Shown here: piece by piece, positions 60,462 to 64,000 of the stretch
How positions within the stretch are numbered: position 1 is the first letter of the stretch
How the letters are laid out: each line of letters begins with the position of its first letter
Assembly (NCBI GenBank): GCA_018817795.1
Contig: JAHITJ010000152.1
Location: 19,695 to 83,694 of the forward strand
Source of the DNA: Myxococcota bacterium
Lineage (GTDB): Bacteria; Myxococcota_A; Polyangia; HGW-17
Length of the DNA: 64,000 bases
Direction: 5' to 3'
Program-made: the position numbers and the translations under genes
The notes under the pieces: generated by a model
Databases searched by the model: none
Told to the model about the DNA's origin: nothing
The model's input: the letters and a program-made list of their open reading frames with translations, nothing else

Positions 60462-61874
60462 TCAGGTGGCGGAGGCGGTCTTGTCGGCTTTTTCGGACAT
60501 CTCCGCGAAGTACTGGCGCGTCAGCGACAGCACCTTGGGCGCGAGCATACACAGGGCGAGCAGGTTCGGCAAGGCCATGAACGTGATGGCCATGTCGGCA
60601 AAACCCCACACGAGCTTCATGGACTGCACCGCGCCCACGAAGATGACGATGGAAAACACGATACGGTAAATCAGCACCGCGCGCGGGGAGTCGATCAGGA
60701 AGGTCACCGCCCGGTCCCCGTAATAGGACCAGGAGATCGCCGTGGAGAGGGCGAACAGGACCGTGGAGATCGCGACCACCTGCTGGCCGAACCAGGCCAT
60801 GCCGATGGGGGCCAGGCCCGACTCGAACGAACGCGTGGTCAGCACCGCGCCGTCGAACTGGGGCGCCAGGCCCGTGGCGTCGGGCGCGTGGAGGCCGCCC
60901 ACGACGATGACCAGCGACGTGAGCGTGCAGATCAGCACGGTGTCGATGAAAGGCTCGAGCATGGAGACCAGACCCTCGCGCACGGCGTACGGGGTCTTGG
61001 CCGCGGCGTGTGCGATGGGGGCGCTGCCCTGCCCGGCCTCGTTGGAGTACAGGCCGCGCTTGATGCCCCAGATCATCGCGGCGATGAAGCCACCCTTGAG
61101 GGCCGCCTCGCCTGTGAAGGCGTCGCGGAAGATCATGGCGAACGCGGAGCCGACCTTGTCGTAGTTGACCAGCAGGACCAGCAGACCGCCCAGGATGTAA
61201 AACGCCGCCATGAAAGGCACCAGTTTGGACGCCACCGAACCGATGCGGCGGATGCCGCCGACGATGACCAGGAACACCAGCACGGCGATGACCAGACCCG
61301 AGAGCCATGTGGGCACCGAGTAGGCGCCATGCAGCGCCTGGGCCATGGAGTTGGACTGGGGCATGTTGCCCGTGCCGAAGGAGCAGATCACGGTGCCCAC
61401 CGCGAAGAGGACGGCCAGCACACCCGCGAAGCGGCCCAGTTTGCCGGTGAGCCCCTTCTTGATGTAGTACATCGGACCGCCCGCGACCATGCCCTGGGAG
61501 TCGGTCTCCCGGTAATGGAGTGCCAGGGTGCACTCGGCATACTTCAGCGCCATGCCCAGGAACCCCGTCATCCAGATCCAGAAGGCCGCGCCGGGTCCGC
61601 CCCAGGCGATGGCGGTGGCGACGCCGGCGATGTTGCCGATGCCAACGGTGGCCGAGAGCGCCGCCGAGAGCGCCTGGAAGTGGGTGATGTCACCGGGATT
61701 CTCGTCCTTGTGGAACTGTCCCGACACGATCCGCAGGGACAGTCCGAACTTGCGGAACTGGATGGCCTTCAGCAGGATGGTGAACATCAGCCCCACCGGG
61801 ATCAGCAGGGCCAGCAGGATCATCGGACCGACGGTGTCGTTGTAGTAGTTGATGAAGTTCTCGAAGGCTTGCAT
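60462..61874 (-). CDS. sodium:alanine (AGCS family) symporter
   Basis: 470 aa from MQAFENFINYYN, multi-pass, with the AGCS family motif ATVGIGNIAGVATAI. The ORF-track start at 61976 adds 34 unlikely residues. Confidence 0.85.
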   Translation of the reverse strand: MQAFENFINYYNDTVGPMILLALLIPVGLMFTILLKAIQFRKFGLSLRIVSGQFHKDENPGDITHFQALSAALSATVGIGNIAGVATAIAWGGPGAAFWIWMTGFLGMALKYAECTLALHYRETDSQGMVAGGPMYYIKKGLTGKLGRFAGVLAVLFAVGTVICSFGTGNMPQSNSMAQALHGAYSVPTWLSGLVIAVLVFLVIVGGIRRIGSVASKLVPFMAAFYILGGLLVLLVNYDKVGSAFAMIFRDAFTGEAALKGGFIAAMIWGIKRGLYSNEAGQGSAPIAHAAAKTPYAVREGLVSMLEPFIDTVLICTLTSLVIVVGGLHAPDATGLAPQFDGAVLTTRSFESGLAPIGMAWFGQQVVAISTVLFALSTAISWSYYGDRAVTFLIDSPRAVLIYRIVFSIVIFVGAVQSMKLVWGFADMAITFMALPNLLALCMLAPKVLSLTRQYFAEMSEKADKTASAT

Positions 61875-61893
61875 TTCCGCTCCGATCTCAATC

Positions 61894-62217
61894 TCAGGAC
61901 ACGGTGGTCTCGACCCAGGCCAGGAAGTCCGCGTTACCCCAAACGACCGGCAAGGCGATGATCTCGGGCACCTCATAGGGATGGACAGGACGGACGGCCT
62001 GCTCGATCTGCGGCAGGAGATGGCGTCCGGTCTTGATCACGCACAGGCACTCCGCCGCGCTCTGAAAGGCGCCCTGCCAGAAGAACTGCGACTGGACCGC
62101 AGGCACGATGTTGACGCAGGCGCAGAGCCGCAGCGCCAGCAGGCGATCGGCCACGGCCTCGGCGGTCTCGATATCGGGTGTCGTCATCAGCACCACGACG
62201 GGTTCGAAGGTCATCAT
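61894..62217 (-). CDS. cutA: divalent-cation tolerance protein CutA
   Basis: 107 aa: ...VVLMTTPDIETAEAVADRLLALRLCACVNIVPAVQSQFFWQG...HPYEVPEIIALPV... CutA1 pattern. Confidence 0.9.
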   Translation of the reverse strand: MMTFEPVVVLMTTPDIETAEAVADRLLALRLCACVNIVPAVQSQFFWQGAFQSAAECLCVIKTGRHLLPQIEQAVRPVHPYEVPEIIALPVVWGNADFLAWVETTVS

Positions 62218-62294
62218 GGAAGGGGCCTCCAGGAAAAAAGTTCGCGCGCATTATGCCCCAAGTGGGTCTGTCGAATCAACCCGGCATTTTCCGA

Positions 62295-62323
62295 TTGACA
62301 ATGCTTCGAAACACCATTAGATC
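62295..62323 (+). promoter_or_regulatory. candidate promoter of tRNA-Leu
   Basis: TTGACA (62295-62300), a 17-nt spacer, then TAGATC (62318-62323), about 35 nt upstream of the tRNA. The -10 is weak. Confidence 0.3.
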
Positions 62324-62358
62324 AGGGTCGCCCCCGGTTCCCTGTGAAACGAGGGTCT

Positions 62359-62441
62359 GCGAGGATGGCGGAATTGGTAGACGCGCTAGCTTGAGGTGCT
62401 AGTGGACGTTGTCTGTAGGGGTTCGAGTCCCCTTCCTCGCA
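62359..62441 (+). tRNA. tRNA-Leu (anticodon GAG)
   Basis: GCGAGGATGGCGGAATTGGTAGACGCGCTAGCTTGAGGTGCTAGTGGACGTTGTCTGTAGGGGTTCGAGTCCCCTTCCTCGCA. Anticodon loop is TTGAGGT, with a long variable arm. CCA is not encoded. Confidence 0.93.
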
Positions 62442-62522
62442 CTACCAGAAGAGACAACTGAAAAGACGAAATGGATCGGAATTGACGGATGCGTGTGCAT
62501 GCGGCCGCCGCTTTTCTCTCTG

Positions 62523-64000
62523 CTACGGATTCAAAAACTCGAGGGTCTTCTGCGCCAACTCGAGGCTGAAATGCCCGGCTTTGGCGATCTCGGCGGGCGC
62601 TGCCGTGCGGATGCGCTCGACGCTGCCGAAGGCCGTCAGCAGGGCGGTGACGCGCTTGGGGCCGAGGCCCGGGACCTCAGAGAGCCTGGAGGAGAACGTC
62701 TTCTCCTGGCGCCTGGTGCGGGCCCGGTTGGCGAACCGGTGGGCCTCGTCGCGCAGCCGCACTAGGATGAACATCTCACGAGACCCCGGCAGGATCGGCA
62801 GCGGTTCCTTCACACCGGGGAGGAACACGCGCTCGGGCGGCCCCTCGGACCCGTGCTGCTTGGCCAGCGAGATCACCTTCACTGCTGACAGGTCCAGACC
62901 GGTCCCGTCTCCGAGTTCCGTAAATATCTGAGTGATCGCGCGCAGCTGGCCGCGACCGCCGTCGATGACCATCAGCTCCGGCAGCTCCCAGTTCTTCTCG
63001 GCGGCGTGCTCGAGCCGCCGGGCCATGACCTCGCGCAGGGCGCCGTAATCGTCCCCGGGAGCCACGTCGCGCACGTGGAATTGACGATAAAGCCTTGGCG
63101 CGGGCCGGCCGTCGATGAAGACGACCATGGAGGCCGATGTGTCCTTCCCCTGCGAGTGCGAGATGTCGTAGCACTCCATGCGTTTGGGCACGCCCGGCAG
63201 GTGCAGCCGGGTCGACAGGCGGGCCAGCTCGGCCTCCACCTCCAACTCGTTGTGCAGCGTCAGGCGGTGCTGCGCGTTGACCTCGGCCAGCCGCAGCAGC
63301 CGCGCACGGCTGTCTTCCACCGGTCCCGGCCCGGAGCCTCCCGGGGCCTCCCCGGAGCTGGTCGGGGCCACCACCACCTCGACCGGTGCGCCGGCGGCCT
63401 CCCCGAGCCAGGCGGCCAGGTCCGCGGCCGCCTCCGGGGAAAACGGCAGCAGCAGGCGCCCTGGCGTCTCGGTGCGGGACGCATAGTGCTGAAACAGGAA
63501 CGTCGACAGGATCTCCGCGTCATAGAGCTCCTCGGGCACCTCGACGACCAACTGGCGGTGCACCCCGAGCTGGCCCTGCCGGATCTCCAGCACCACCAGC
63601 GACAGATGCGGACCCTCGCGCACGAACCCGACGGCGTCGGTGGGCACGAAGTCCGACGTGATCACCTGCTGCGGCTGGGCACACTTCTCCAGCGCGAACA
63701 GCAGGTCCCGCAGCTGGGCCGCCTTCTCGAACTCCAGGTCCGCGGAGGCCTGCTTCATCTCGCGACGCACATCCCGCATCAGACGCTCGAAGCGCCCCTC
63801 GAGGTACAGCATCGCCTTCTCGACCCGGCGCCGGTAGGCCGCAGCGTCCACGTTGCGGCTGCAGGGCGCCTCGCAGCGGCCCATATGGTACTGCAGGCAC
63901 GGCTTCCTCCGCGTGGCGAACACCGCGTCGGAACAGGTGCGGAAGCGGAAATACCTGCCGATGAAGGACAGGAAGAAGTGCACCGCCGAAGCTGCGTGGT
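62523..64000 (-). CDS. uvrC: excinuclease ABC subunit C (C-terminal ~490 aa; N-terminus beyond right edge)
   Basis: ...YHMGRCEAPC..., a UVR-domain region (MKQASADLEFEKAAQLRDLLFALEK), an endonuclease domain (ECYDISHSQG), and a C-terminal (HhH)2 (LSEVPGLGPKRVTALLTAFGSVERI). The ORF is open to the window end. Confidence 0.93.
   Translation of the reverse strand, partial: HAASAVHFFLSFIGRYFRFRTCSDAVFATRRKPCLQYHMGRCEAPCSRNVDAAAYRRRVEKAMLYLEGRFERLMRDVRREMKQASADLEFEKAAQLRDLLFALEKCAQPQQVITSDFVPTDAVGFVREGPHLSLVVLEIRQGQLGVHRQLVVEVPEELYDAEILSTFLFQHYASRTETPGRLLLPFSPEAAADLAAWLGEAAGAPVEVVVAPTSSGEAPGGSGPGPVEDSRARLLRLAEVNAQHRLTLHNELEVEAELARLSTRLHLPGVPKRMECYDISHSQGKDTSASMVVFIDGRPAPRLYRQFHVRDVAPGDDYGALREVMARRLEHAAEKNWELPELMVIDGGRGQLRAITQIFTELGDGTGLDLSAVKVISLAKQHGSEGPPERVFLPGVKEPLPILPGSREMFILVRLRDEAHRFANRARTRRQEKTFSSRLSEVPGLGPKRVTALLTAFGSVERIRTAAPAEIAKAGHFSLELAQKTLEFLNP

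Noticed and set aside
59733-61961. 742-aa plus-strand ORF opposite tkt and the alanine symporter.
   Set aside because: It crosses two well-supported minus-strand genes and has no motifs, so it is an antisense artefact.

Overview
High-GC Gram-negative chromosome segment. Gene content, lipoprotein density and Cys-rich exported proteins suggest Myxococcota or a deltaproteobacterium-like lineage, but that is inference only. Positions 1-18.1 kb, all on the minus strand, are the conserved translation/transcription block. It reads tRNA-Thr/Tyr/Gly/Thr-tuf-rpmG, then tRNA-Trp-secE-nusG-rplK-rplA-rplJ-rplL-rpoB-rpoC, then rpsL-rpsG-fusA-rpsJ-rplD. Near-consensus sigma70 promoters and hairpin terminators are visible in it. 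One oddity is that rplC is missing between rpsJ and rplD. The remaining ~46 kb mixes housekeeping genes (proS, ilvE, nadE, trxB, rnhA, cyclophilin, tkt, alanine symporter, cutA, tRNA-Leu, uvrC) with accessory clusters. (i) An FHA-GGDEF / GT-C-like membrane protein / Ser-Thr kinase-PAS operon. (ii) A six-gene translationally coupled envelope operon containing an orphan multi-pass histidine kinase, a CRTAC1/ASPIC protein and an HEXXH protease. (iii) Two very Cys-rich acidic lipoproteins and several other lipoproteins. (iv) An ArsR-controlled operon of three thioredoxin-fold modules, an orphan GroES-like gene and trxB. (v) My best candidate for an undescribed system: a tightly packed PilZ / TerB-like / unknown / membrane Pro-rich protein / two paralogous radical SAM-SPASM enzyme cassette with no recognisable short precursor. 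DNA-level oddities are a 9-bp tandem array, a REP-like hairpin pair with compensatory changes, an almost pure A/T in-frame segment inside a lipoprotein gene, and perfect or degenerate tandem duplications. I saw no rRNA, CRISPR array, transposase, integrase or phage genes. All functional calls rest on motifs I recognise by eye; no database search was run.
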